Source of the DNA: a bacterium
Lineage (GTDB): Bacteria > Patescibacteriota > Microgenomatia > UBA8517
Length of the DNA: 64,000 nucleotides
Direction: 5' to 3'
NCBI GenBank assembly: GCA_030583725.1
Contig: CP129472.1
Span: 142,958 to 206,957 of the forward strand
The notes beneath the pieces are model-generated. The model was given only the letters and a program-made list of their open reading frames with translations, made no database searches and was not told the DNA's origin. Numbering within the stretch: the first letter of the stretch is position 1; each line of letters begins with the position of its first letter. Shown here one piece after another: positions 18,341 through 27,211 of the stretch. Made by a program: the position numbers and the translations under genes.

Positions 18341-20614
18341 TTATATTTTTTGTTCTGCAGAATGAATCATACCCCTGACCCTTGTAACGGCGTCAGGATT
18401 TACTGATATAGATGTTATACCAGCCTTAACTAATATTTCAATCATATCGTTATAGGTACTTGCAGCTTGACCACAAATAGAAGAGGTAACACCATATTTA
18501 TTACAAGTCTTGATAGCTTTTTTAATAGCCCACAATACCTCAGGGCTCATTTCATTAAATGCGGTAGCAACTGTAGAATTGTCACGGTCTGTACCTTGGA
18601 TTAACATTGTCAAATCATTACTACCAATAGAAATACCATCTATTCCTACTTTTATAAACTCATCTAACATTATGATGTTGACAGGCAGTTCAACCATCAT
18701 CCAAAATTTAAAACTAGGATCATCAAATAACCCTTCGGCTTGTACGAGTCTTCTGACTCTTCTTAGTTCATCAGGACTTCTAACAAAAGGAATCATAATT
18801 TGGAGATTTGGATATTTTTGTCTAACTTCTTTTAAGGCTCTTAACTCTAAGCTAAAAACTTCAGGGTCAGATATGTATCTAAAGGCGCCCCTGTAGCCAA
18901 GCATTGGGTTAGCCTCAACTGGTTCCCAGTGTTTACCACCTTCTAAACTCCTATATTCGTTGGTTTTAAAATCTGTAGCACGGTAAACAACTTGTCTAGG
19001 GTAAAAACTTTTACAAAACTCAGTTAACTTAAGAACCATTTTATCAACAAACTTATGTTGAACCTTTCTTTTTATGGCCTCTTTAGGATGCATACCAATA
19101 TCTGCAATCATAAACTCAGCCCTAAGAAGTCCAATTCCATCTACATCCATTTTTGAAACCTCTTGCGCTCTATCTGGTTCTGCAAGGTTAACATAGAGCT
19201 TGGTTGCGGTCTTGATGTTTTTACTGGAAGTTTTTTTAATTTCTGTCTTCACTTCATCTTTTATTTGACTCGTGTTTGTACCTGCAAAAATTTCTCCACT
19301 TGCACCATTAACAGTTACGTAATCACCATCTTTTAGGATTTTAGTTCCTTCTTTTGTTCCCACAACACAAGGAATACCCATTTCTCTTGAAACTATGGCA
19401 GCGTGACTTGTCATCCCACCCTCGTTGGTGACAATTGCAGAAGCCTTTTTCATTGCAGGAACGTAGTCAGGGGAGGTCATAGGTGCTACTAAAATATCTC
19501 CAGATTTTATTTTATCAATCTCTTTAGGTGACTTTAATATCTTGACGACACCAGTACCAACTCCAGGACTTGCAGGTATGCCTTTTAAGATAGGAGCTGT
19601 TGATTGTTCAACTTGACCTTTATCTTTTGCACTATGAACAGCCTTAGTTTTTTCAATGGTTGTAATTGGTCTGGTTTGGACAATGTATAGTTTTTCTTTT
19701 TCCAAAGCCCATTCAATGTCTTGTGGAAAATAGTAATGATCTTGTAGTCCTTGAGCTAATTTTGCCAATTCAACAATCTGTTTATCAGTCAATTTTATTT
19801 TATCTTGTAGTTTATTTGGAACAAGAATTTCTTTTGTGACATTTCCAGACTTAATAAACTGCATTTTTTGAGTATTTAACTCTTTTGAGAGAATTGAAAA
19901 TGTTTCTTTTTGTACTACATAGTGATCTGGTATATAACTTCCCTGAACTATCATTTCACCTAAGCCCCAGACAGCGTCAATAATTATCCTGTCTTTCTGG
20001 TTAGTAACTGGGTCAACTGAAAACATAATTCCACTAACTTCAGATTGAACCATTTTTTGAACAATTACAGATATACCAACTTTCTCATGTTTTATTTTGT
20101 TTTGAACACGGTAATATATAGCACGAGGCGTAAAAAGCGAGGCCCAACACTCACGAACAGCTACTTGTAAATTAGATTCACCCTTAATGTTTAAAAAGGT
20201 TGCTTGTTGACCTGCAAAACTCATACCAGGCAAGTCTTCTGCTGTAGCAGATGACCTAACAGCAACTAAGGCTTTGTTAAACACACCAGATATCTTTTTA
20301 TATTCTCTTACAATTTCTTTAAAAACTGCTTCAGGAAAATGCGCAGTACTTACTATTTTTTGTATTTTTCTAGAGGCTGTCTCAAGCTGGGCAGGGTCCT
20401 CAACATCAATAACACCCAATATTTCATATATTTTTGCAGCAATATCGTTATCTTTCAAAAAAATTTCATAGGCAGGGACAGTAACAGCAAAACCTGAAGG
20501 AACTGGAAATCCTGCTTTGGTCATTTCTCCAAGGTTTGCACCTTTTCCACCAACCAAAGAAAGTGAATCGCGATCTATGTGTTTAAAATCAATTACTAAG
20601 GGCAGACTTGACAT
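18341..20614 (-). CDS. ppsA: phosphoenolpyruvate synthase (pyruvate, water dikinase; PEP-utilising enzyme family)
   Basis: 757 aa; ATP-grasp N-terminus 'GGKGANLGEM', phosphohistidine 'GGMTSHAAIVSREMGIP', C-terminal PEP/pyruvate TIM domain; size fits PpsA rather than PPDK. Confidence 0.8.
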   Translation of the reverse strand: MSSLPLVIDFKHIDRDSLSLVGGKGANLGEMTKAGFPVPSGFAVTVPAYEIFLKDNDIAAKIYEILGVIDVEDPAQLETASRKIQKIVSTAHFPEAVFKEIVREYKKISGVFNKALVAVRSSATAEDLPGMSFAGQQATFLNIKGESNLQVAVRECWASLFTPRAIYYRVQNKIKHEKVGISVIVQKMVQSEVSGIMFSVDPVTNQKDRIIIDAVWGLGEMIVQGSYIPDHYVVQKETFSILSKELNTQKMQFIKSGNVTKEILVPNKLQDKIKLTDKQIVELAKLAQGLQDHYYFPQDIEWALEKEKLYIVQTRPITTIEKTKAVHSAKDKGQVEQSTAPILKGIPASPGVGTGVVKILKSPKEIDKIKSGDILVAPMTSPDYVPAMKKASAIVTNEGGMTSHAAIVSREMGIPCVVGTKEGTKILKDGDYVTVNGASGEIFAGTNTSQIKDEVKTEIKKTSSKNIKTATKLYVNLAEPDRAQEVSKMDVDGIGLLRAEFMIADIGMHPKEAIKRKVQHKFVDKMVLKLTEFCKSFYPRQVVYRATDFKTNEYRSLEGGKHWEPVEANPMLGYRGAFRYISDPEVFSLELRALKEVRQKYPNLQIMIPFVRSPDELRRVRRLVQAEGLFDDPSFKFWMMVELPVNIIMLDEFIKVGIDGISIGSNDLTMLIQGTDRDNSTVATAFNEMSPEVLWAIKKAIKTCNKYGVTSSICGQAASTYNDMIEILVKAGITSISVNPDAVTRVRGMIHSAEQKI

Positions 20615-20630
20615 TATTTAACTATACCAT

Positions 20631-21668
20631 TTAATTGATACTTTTAGAAAGTGATGATTTAAGTTTTAATATCCAAGGTTCAGGGCCAGGGTCAGTATCA
20701 TCAAGAATAGATATATAAAAACCAACCCAAGCGCAGTAATGCGCAAGTTCAAGTGACTGTGATAACACACTAGTGGTACTTAATGTATATGTAAAGGTGT
20801 TTAAATTTTGTTCTGCAAAAATATCTTTTGTTATTCTGTATCGAAGTTGTACTCTTTCATGATTAAATTTACTTTCAAAGAATAAATATTTTTTATTTAA
20901 AGCAGATGCAGGCTTCTGCGTAGCCTCAACCAAAACGTGATTAACTTCAGGGAAATCGTAAAATTCTGTAAAATTTCTGCTGATTTCACACATTGCATTA
21001 CGCCCTGCATTTAATGCACCTATAAAAGGTCTGCCACCAAATAGTACAGGAATGAAACCGTGAAGCTTTTTGGCAATTTCTTTTGCATTCCAATTAGTAC
21101 GAATTCCTTCAAGTTCCTTTAAGGCTGAATCTATTTCTGTTCCAGCGTTTGGCATAATCCCAATTGTTTGTAATACACCCATAAGCCCACCAAGTGACAC
21201 ACCTAACCCTGATTTTGGAAAACCTGTGGGATTTGTGTCTTTGGGGTCAATGATTGCACCCTGAATTTCACCAGAAGTGATCAGTTCACCAATTTTGCCG
21301 CCAGTTGAAATTCCTATTATCTGTGCGCCCCTAGATTTAGCAACTTGGTATCCTGAAAGTGTTTCTTCAGTGTTTCCCGAATAACTATTCAAAATTACCA
21401 ATGTTTTTTGGTTTACCCACTCTGGAAGACCATAGTCGTTATATACAACAAATGGTTTTTCATAATTGCTTTCTAAAAGCCCTTGAACAATTTTACCCGC
21501 ATTTGAAGAACCACCCATACCTGAAACAATGATATTATCAAAATCAGAAATTACAAATTTTAAAGTTGAAGCTTGAGAAAAAGTTTCACGAATCTGATCA
21601 GAAAACATTTGGAGTGCTTTTTCAACTCCTGATGGGTCTAATTTTGTATAGTCTTGATTTAAATCCAT
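20631..21668 (-). CDS. pgi: SIS-domain phosphoglucose isomerase (bifunctional PGI/PMI type)
   Basis: 'IIVSGMGGSSNAGKIV' and second SIS 'LVILNSYSGNTEETL'; start set to ATG 21668 (MDLNQDY) rather than track 21854, which would overlap the divergent HAD gene. Confidence 0.6.
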   Translation of the reverse strand: MDLNQDYTKLDPSGVEKALQMFSDQIRETFSQASTLKFVISDFDNIIVSGMGGSSNAGKIVQGLLESNYEKPFVVYNDYGLPEWVNQKTLVILNSYSGNTEETLSGYQVAKSRGAQIIGISTGGKIGELITSGEIQGAIIDPKDTNPTGFPKSGLGVSLGGLMGVLQTIGIMPNAGTEIDSALKELEGIRTNWNAKEIAKKLHGFIPVLFGGRPFIGALNAGRNAMCEISRNFTEFYDFPEVNHVLVEATQKPASALNKKYLFFESKFNHERVQLRYRITKDIFAEQNLNTFTYTLSTTSVLSQSLELAHYCAWVGFYISILDDTDPGPEPWILKLKSSLSKSIN

Positions 21669-21705
21669 ATTGAATAAATAATATACCAATGTTATCATTT
21701 TCACA

Positions 21706-22482
21706 ATGAAACCAATTAGCGAACTCACTGAAGATGATGTCAAGAACATAAAAGTTGTTTGTTTTGATGTAGATGGCGTAACTATTAAAAAAGGTACTGA
21801 GATTTCAGAAAAAGGAACAGAACTAAAGGTAAAAACTTCCCCACTTGAGGACAAAATACTCCAAAAAATAATAAAACTTAAGAAATATTTTCATATAACA
21901 GTTAATAGTGGAAGAAGCACTATGTATCTAACAAAAGTATTCCAGGAAATGCTTTGGGGCAATGCGAGCGTAATTGGAGAAATAGGAATTTTTACAGTTA
22001 AAGACGGAGAATTAAAACAGACTGATATATTTACTGATTATGAACTTGAAACTCTTCGAAAAATTACTGTAGATTTGCAAAAACTAGCTAATGAAAATGA
22101 TAAAGCAAGAGGATTTGAGCCGAAACAATTCTTAATTACACTCCACTGCTTTGAAGCAATTCCTGCAGTTGATGAAGTCGTAAAAAAACACGATATAAAG
22201 AATGAATTTTATTGCTGGTGGAACGGGGAAGCCTACGACATAGCACCGTATAGATTTAATAAAGGTGTTGGACTTAAGAAACTTTGCGAGCAACTTGGAA
22301 TCGACATTTCTCAGACCATAGCGGTTGGAAATGGAATCAATGACAAAGATATGACTGACGTTGCTGGAATTGGTGTCACAACCGACAAAGAGCATTTAGA
22401 GTCAGATTATTTTATAGATGGAGAACACCTAGGCGGTGAATATCTTATGGATAAGCTCCTGGAATTAAAAGGGGATAAATAA
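21706..22482 (+). CDS. HAD-superfamily hydrolase, subfamily IIB (Cof/sugar-phosphatase type)
   Basis: Motif I 'VVCFDVDGVTIKKG', motif IV 'AVGNGINDKDM'. Confidence 0.7.
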   Translation: MKPISELTEDDVKNIKVVCFDVDGVTIKKGTEISEKGTELKVKTSPLEDKILQKIIKLKKYFHITVNSGRSTMYLTKVFQEMLWGNASVIGEIGIFTVKDGELKQTDIFTDYELETLRKITVDLQKLANENDKARGFEPKQFLITLHCFEAIPAVDEVVKKHDIKNEFYCWWNGEAYDIAPYRFNKGVGLKKLCEQLGIDISQTIAVGNGINDKDMTDVAGIGVTTDKEHLESDYFIDGEHLGGEYLMDKLLELKGDK

Positions 22483-22489
22483 CTTACCC

Positions 22490-24709
22490 CTACTGACTTT
22501 GTTTGTATTGTGTGTAAAGTTGAAAACTATACTTCACTGCGTTATTATAAAACTCGTCCGAAATGTATTTTTTATGAAGTCTATTTCTTGTTCCATTAAA
22601 TTGTGCAATTGATTGAGCATATTTAATATTTTCCCATTGATCCTTTCCATAACAATATGCCTTGTTAACCGCATCAGTACCAGATGGCCTTACTTCCATA
22701 CATTTATTATTAAATAAAAAGTAAGTACCATCTCCGCAAAACATAATATCTGATAAGTCATCAAAAATTAAACCTGGCAATGATTCATTTAATATTTCTC
22801 TTACCTGGTCAATTGTTATCAAATTGTCACGATGCCCTAGTGCCAAGCTTAAAAAGTATGAATTATTATTGGTTTTAAGTTGCATCCCTTTTTCCTTTTC
22901 CTGAAGTAGTATCTTAATATCAGGCTCACTTTCATTATAGTATTTTTGATTGATTCTGATCTCATACTTAAATACAATTTTATTCTTTTCAAATATGCTG
23001 GCTAAATAGTCGACGAGTGTTAAGTGTTTTTCATCCAAACAACTCACCATAGCTGAAGTTATAATAATTGCCTCACCGGCGCTTTTCTCACGCATAGAAA
23101 TCGCCATTCTACCATTTTTACTTAATATCAACTCAGGTGGTCCAAATATTTCGCCACCACTCTCTTCACCAGCAAATAGCATTCTTGGTTTTTTCCCAAT
23201 ATTTATAGATTTTCCATAGACGTCATTTATAAAAATATCTTGTCCCGCTGAATTCTCAATTTTTCTTTCAATATTTATCATTGTATCGGCCAATTCTTTA
23301 AAACCTACTGGAGTGTTAATTACAGGTATATTATTTTTTATTGCCCACTCATCCCAACTTCTTTGTGATGCTGAAGTTTTTAAAATAAACCAATCATATT
23401 TAGTCCATAACTTAGCATTTTCTAAAGCCATTTTTTGAAAGTCAATGTTCATCAAAAATGACTGGTTTGGGGTGAACAATACAAGAATTCTATTATCTCC
23501 AATTACTGAGTAGACAACTCCCAGTTTTTGTAACACTTCAACTTTATCTTCTGACTCAACAACGGCAGTAACTAATCTATCAGCATCGGGGTCAGTTATT
23601 AAAACAACAGTTCCAATTGGGTAGTCTTTTAACAGATCATTGTATTTGATAGTTTCTATAACTGGCGTTTTAATTTTTGAAGTTTTTAAATCAGCATTGA
23701 CTATTGTCGTATCACAACCCCAATCAAAAAAAGATCCGTCATCTCCTATCATCTTGCCAACACCATGATTAAAGGAATCCTCTTCAGAGTGAATGAACTG
23801 AAATTTATCGTCTATTTCAAACGACTTAAGAACTGGTAAAAAAGTGTTTGTTAAACTTCCGCCAACAGAATCGATTATTAATCTGTTTCTGTATGTTTTA
23901 ATTGCCGATATATTTACATTTGTCGCAACTCCTTTTTTTAAATATTCTATATAGTCATCAATCCCATTGTTAATCGATTTTAGAAACTTGAAGTCCATAT
24001 TTTTATCATCGATTGATGAAAACTTTATTGAATATTTGCCCTTTTTGTTAACTACTTTTAATATTTTTTCAATTTTCTCAACAAACTTAAGAGATTCGCT
24101 TGGAATGTATTGACTCCCTTGGGTATTTAAATCCTTAGTTGCAATTTTCTTACACATAGCGTGTGACGAGGTAACATACTCTCCACCATATAAATCATAC
24201 ATAAAGATAATAAAAGAAATTAAGAAAATAGGGATTGTTTGGTAATCCTCTGTTAAGTAGGTCTTTATACCATAGGCGGACTGAATTCTAGCAATCAGTT
24301 CAACATACTGTTTTGAATTGTATCTGACCTCGCTGGCAACTATTTTTTCTTTATTATTATTTATATCCATTGCCACCAAGACCTTGCCCATCGTTGCAAG
24401 TGCAACTCCTACTAAATTAAGCGGGTACCTTGTATCCCAAGGGTAGAGTGGGTTTTGTAGACCCCTTATACCAGCAGTAGACACCTTCGCTTCTTCACGA
24501 TAGCTTTCAAACCAATTTTGAATGCCTAATCCGGGAGTGTTAAGATCAAAGTCGCTTAATTGATCTTTATAAAGTGTGAGTTCAAATTTATTACGGTTGT
24601 TAAGATCAATCAAAATATTATCCTTAACTTTTAGGGGTGTATCTTTTTCAACTTGGTCAAGAAAATGACCTTCTAAATCATTTTTGGCTACGGGTTTGCT
24701 AAACTTCAT
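22490..24709 (-). CDS. phosphoglucomutase/phosphomannomutase-family protein (large, 739 aa)
   Basis: All four alpha-D-phosphohexomutase motifs in order: 'STAGIRG', phosphoserine loop 'GGEYVTSSHAM' (variant of TASHNP), metal loop 'DPDADR', sugar loop 'GEESGG'. Confidence 0.7.
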   Translation of the reverse strand: MKFSKPVAKNDLEGHFLDQVEKDTPLKVKDNILIDLNNRNKFELTLYKDQLSDFDLNTPGLGIQNWFESYREEAKVSTAGIRGLQNPLYPWDTRYPLNLVGVALATMGKVLVAMDINNNKEKIVASEVRYNSKQYVELIARIQSAYGIKTYLTEDYQTIPIFLISFIIFMYDLYGGEYVTSSHAMCKKIATKDLNTQGSQYIPSESLKFVEKIEKILKVVNKKGKYSIKFSSIDDKNMDFKFLKSINNGIDDYIEYLKKGVATNVNISAIKTYRNRLIIDSVGGSLTNTFLPVLKSFEIDDKFQFIHSEEDSFNHGVGKMIGDDGSFFDWGCDTTIVNADLKTSKIKTPVIETIKYNDLLKDYPIGTVVLITDPDADRLVTAVVESEDKVEVLQKLGVVYSVIGDNRILVLFTPNQSFLMNIDFQKMALENAKLWTKYDWFILKTSASQRSWDEWAIKNNIPVINTPVGFKELADTMINIERKIENSAGQDIFINDVYGKSINIGKKPRMLFAGEESGGEIFGPPELILSKNGRMAISMREKSAGEAIIITSAMVSCLDEKHLTLVDYLASIFEKNKIVFKYEIRINQKYYNESEPDIKILLQEKEKGMQLKTNNNSYFLSLALGHRDNLITIDQVREILNESLPGLIFDDLSDIMFCGDGTYFLFNNKCMEVRPSGTDAVNKAYCYGKDQWENIKYAQSIAQFNGTRNRLHKKYISDEFYNNAVKYSFQLYTQYKQSQ

Positions 24710-24720
24710 AAAAATAAGAT

Positions 24721-25290
24721 TTATCGTATCTTTTTTGCCAATAGTAAGTCAAGGGAGAGAACTAAATCAGCTTTTCCAGTTTTTGCTTTTACATCAATTT
24801 CTGCTAATTCTGAAATCAATAATCCCACATCGGGAGTGGGATTTCTTCGGTACTTATCTTTTAACTTCCAAGCAATCATTGCCAGTATATATTCTACTGG
24901 TTGAGTTTTAAGCAACTCATGAAACAACTTAATAGAATAACCAGTTCCACTGTTAAAACTATCTAAAAACTTCCATAATATGACAGGTAGTTCAAACAAT
25001 TCTGCTGTGTCAGGATTTATTTTTTTTAAAGTTGGAGCTGGGATTTTTGCATTATGGTAAATTACTAAGTTTCCTGAATATTTTTTTAACTTATCAAGTA
25101 TTTTCACATCTAATAGACTATGATCTTTTAAGATGAAGAACTTGTTTTCATCAAATAGTGACTGATTTTCAACTTCAGTAAGACTATAGTCAACAACTTG
25201 CCATTTACGTTTTTTAGCAACTTCAATAAACTTTGTCAGTCTTAAATAACTTTTCTGTGTATCATTTCCATGTAATACTATAATTTTCAT
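24721..25290 (-). CDS. hypothetical protein (possibly DNA polymerase III delta-like)
   Basis: 189 aa from ATG 25290 (MKIIVLHGND); weak resemblance to HolA N-terminal layout; no catalytic motif. Confidence 0.3.
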   Translation of the reverse strand: MKIIVLHGNDTQKSYLRLTKFIEVAKKRKWQVVDYSLTEVENQSLFDENKFFILKDHSLLDVKILDKLKKYSGNLVIYHNAKIPAPTLKKINPDTAELFELPVILWKFLDSFNSGTGYSIKLFHELLKTQPVEYILAMIAWKLKDKYRRNPTPDVGLLISELAEIDVKAKTGKADLVLSLDLLLAKKIR

Positions 25291-25300
25291 TTTTTTTAAA

Positions 25301-25723
25301 TTAAAATCTTTGAGATGCATGATATTGTTCAATCAGGATCTCCAGTCTGTCATGGAAACTACCCTTTTTGTGTCTAGTGTGGGGTATTAGTGCTCCTGAA
25401 AAGTTTTTAGGGATATGTGTTAACTCGTGTAATAGTACTTTGTCCTGTTCTTTTTCACTTAGTTTATCAAAATGTTCAGAAATAACTTCAACCATATATG
25501 CAGGTGGAACATTTAAAGTCCTTTGCCAAAGGTTGGGTAATCCCCAAGTTCTGGCGTAGGCGCGTGCTTTTGAATTTTGTGATCTATAGAAGAATATTCT
25601 ATCAAAAGTTAACCAATTTAAGTCAAGAACTTCAATTAATTTTTTTGTTCTTTTTCTAATTTCAGGATCTAACTCCCAACTGACCTTTCCTATAGACTTC
25701 TGACCCTTTTTGTACTTTTTCAT
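25301..25723 (-). CDS. HExxH metal-dependent hydrolase-like protein (YgjP/DUF45-like)
   Basis: 140 aa; 'KVLLHELTHIPKNFSGALIPHTRHKKGSFHDRL' zinc-binding HExxH...H pattern. Confidence 0.4.
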   Translation of the reverse strand: MKKYKKGQKSIGKVSWELDPEIRKRTKKLIEVLDLNWLTFDRIFFYRSQNSKARAYARTWGLPNLWQRTLNVPPAYMVEVISEHFDKLSEKEQDKVLLHELTHIPKNFSGALIPHTRHKKGSFHDRLEILIEQYHASQRF

Positions 25724-25928
25724 TTAAATGTAATGCTACCACATCTTTGGAAGATGCAAAGTCTACACTTTTTTGGTTAATTAGTATCTTATCAATTTTT
25801 TGAAACAAAACTTCTTGACCATCTTTATATATCTTAATTTCATCTCCAACTGTTAAATTACCACTTAACTCAATTATGACGATACCTATCTTTTCATAAT
25901 AATTAATTACTTTACCTATTTTAAACAT
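25662..25928 (-). CDS. small hypothetical protein (beta-barrel, EF-Tu domain-2-like pattern)
   Basis: 88 aa ORF directly after ruvC; overlaps previous ORF by 62 nt in another frame, so one of the two starts is probably wrong. Confidence 0.3.
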   Translation of the reverse strand: MFKIGKVINYYEKIGIVIIELSGNLTVGDEIKIYKDGQEVLFQKIDKILINQKSVDFASSKDVVALHLNEKVQKGSEVYRKGQLGVRS

Positions 25929-25933
25929 TCTAC

Positions 25934-26470
25934 TTAACTCTTTTTAGAATCTATAAATTTTACTTCGTTTATAGTCATAGCGTGGGTCATGGCAATAGCC
26001 AAAGCATCAGCCGCATTGTCAAAATGTGTCTTTTTCTTATTTTCGCTTTTAACCTTATTGCCCAATATCTTTCTAACGTGTATCTGAACCTCTTTTTTAT
26101 TTGCACGACCTGATCCTGTAATTAATTTTTTAATAGTTCCAGGGGCATATTCTGCCACAAAAGTTTTAGTCTTTCTTGCAGCCAATAGAATGGCGCCTTG
26201 TGCTTGACCTACTGCAATTACTGTTTTAGCGTTGGTTGCAAAAAAAACTTTTTCAAAAACAAAAACGTCAGGTTTGTATTTGTTAATAAGATCTACTGTT
26301 TTTTCAAATATGATTTCTAATCTTTCCTCTTTTAGAAGATCTTTACTTGTTTCAATTAAGCCCCACTCAATAACTTTTAATCCTTTTCCTGAAATTGTAG
26401 TTATATCAGTTACTTCAATACAACCAAAACCAGTAGTTGCTGTTCCTGGATCAATGCCTAGTATTTTCAT
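25934..26470 (-). CDS. ruvC: crossover junction endodeoxyribonuclease RuvC
   Basis: 'MKILGIDPGTATTGFGCIE' N-terminus, catalytic acidic residues, C-terminal 'HFDNAADALAIAMTHA'. Confidence 0.9.
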   Translation of the reverse strand: MKILGIDPGTATTGFGCIEVTDITTISGKGLKVIEWGLIETSKDLLKEERLEIIFEKTVDLINKYKPDVFVFEKVFFATNAKTVIAVGQAQGAILLAARKTKTFVAEYAPGTIKKLITGSGRANKKEVQIHVRKILGNKVKSENKKKTHFDNAADALAIAMTHAMTINEVKFIDSKKS

Positions 26471-26490
26471 ACTTTAATAGTATAGCAGGA

Positions 26491-26883
26491 TTATTTTTTC
26501 GAAGATTTTTTGACAGTCTTTTTTGGAGCAGATTTAGCTAATTCTTTTCTATTATTCCTTGAGTAAATTTTGTCTATTTCTTTTGTTGATTTATCTCTGG
26601 TGTAATAAAGTTTTGCTTGTTTTACACCTCTTGTTCCTTTTTTAACAACTTCAATTTTTTCAATTGTTGGAAGAGAAATTGGAAAAATTCTTTCAATTCC
26701 AATTGTGGCTTCACCAATTCTTCTGACTGTAAAAGTTTTTCCATTGCCTTCACCTTTAATACCTAAAACCATACCCTCAAAAAAGGCGACACGAGTTTTT
26801 TCACCTTCTTTAATTCTTTGAAAGACTTTTATCCTATCTCCAACTCCAAACTCTGTTTCATTGTGTTTAATTTTTAATGCCAT
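26491..26883 (-). CDS. rplS: 50S ribosomal protein L19
   Basis: 'FGVGDRIKVFQRIKEGEKTRVAFFEGMVLGIKGEG...TFTVRRI...GIERIFPISLPTIEKIEVV...KQAKLYYTRD'; start at ATG 26883 (track start 26901 is a TTG). Confidence 0.9.
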   Translation of the reverse strand: MALKIKHNETEFGVGDRIKVFQRIKEGEKTRVAFFEGMVLGIKGEGNGKTFTVRRIGEATIGIERIFPISLPTIEKIEVVKKGTRGVKQAKLYYTRDKSTKEIDKIYSRNNRKELAKSAPKKTVKKSSKK

Positions 26884-26989
26884 ATGGGTATTATATATCA
26901 AAATTGTCTAGCTGAAAAGCGCAGGTTATTAAACTCAATGAAATTTACTATTTTAACTTTTAATTATCTCTCAAAGTGATTTTGTCAAA

Positions 26990-27211
26990 CTATCTTTCTT
27001 TTGAGCTTTGTGGTGTTATTTCTTTCTCTTTTTCTAAAGCCTCTAACCATCGTGTGATTCTTTCAGTGTCAGATGTCAAACTAACACTACCACCATCTGA
27101 AATTTTTCTGAGTGAAGTAATCATTCCTGCTGCAGTTCTACGGGAGTCACATTTTTGAAGCTTCTCAACTACAGTAACACCATCTTTAAGATATTTAACG
27201 TAAAATGGCAT
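26990..27211 (-). CDS. hypothetical small protein
   Basis: 73 aa between dnaE and rplS; no motif recognised. Confidence 0.25.
   Translation of the reverse strand: MPFYVKYLKDGVTVVEKLQKCDSRRTAAGMITSLRKISDGGSVSLTSDTERITRWLEALEKEKEITPQSSKER

Noticed and set aside
25662-25723. 62-nt out-of-frame overlap between the HExxH ORF and the 88-aa ORF
   Set aside because: Not treated as a programmed feature. More likely one of the two start codons is mis-assigned, possibly to a non-ATG start further in.
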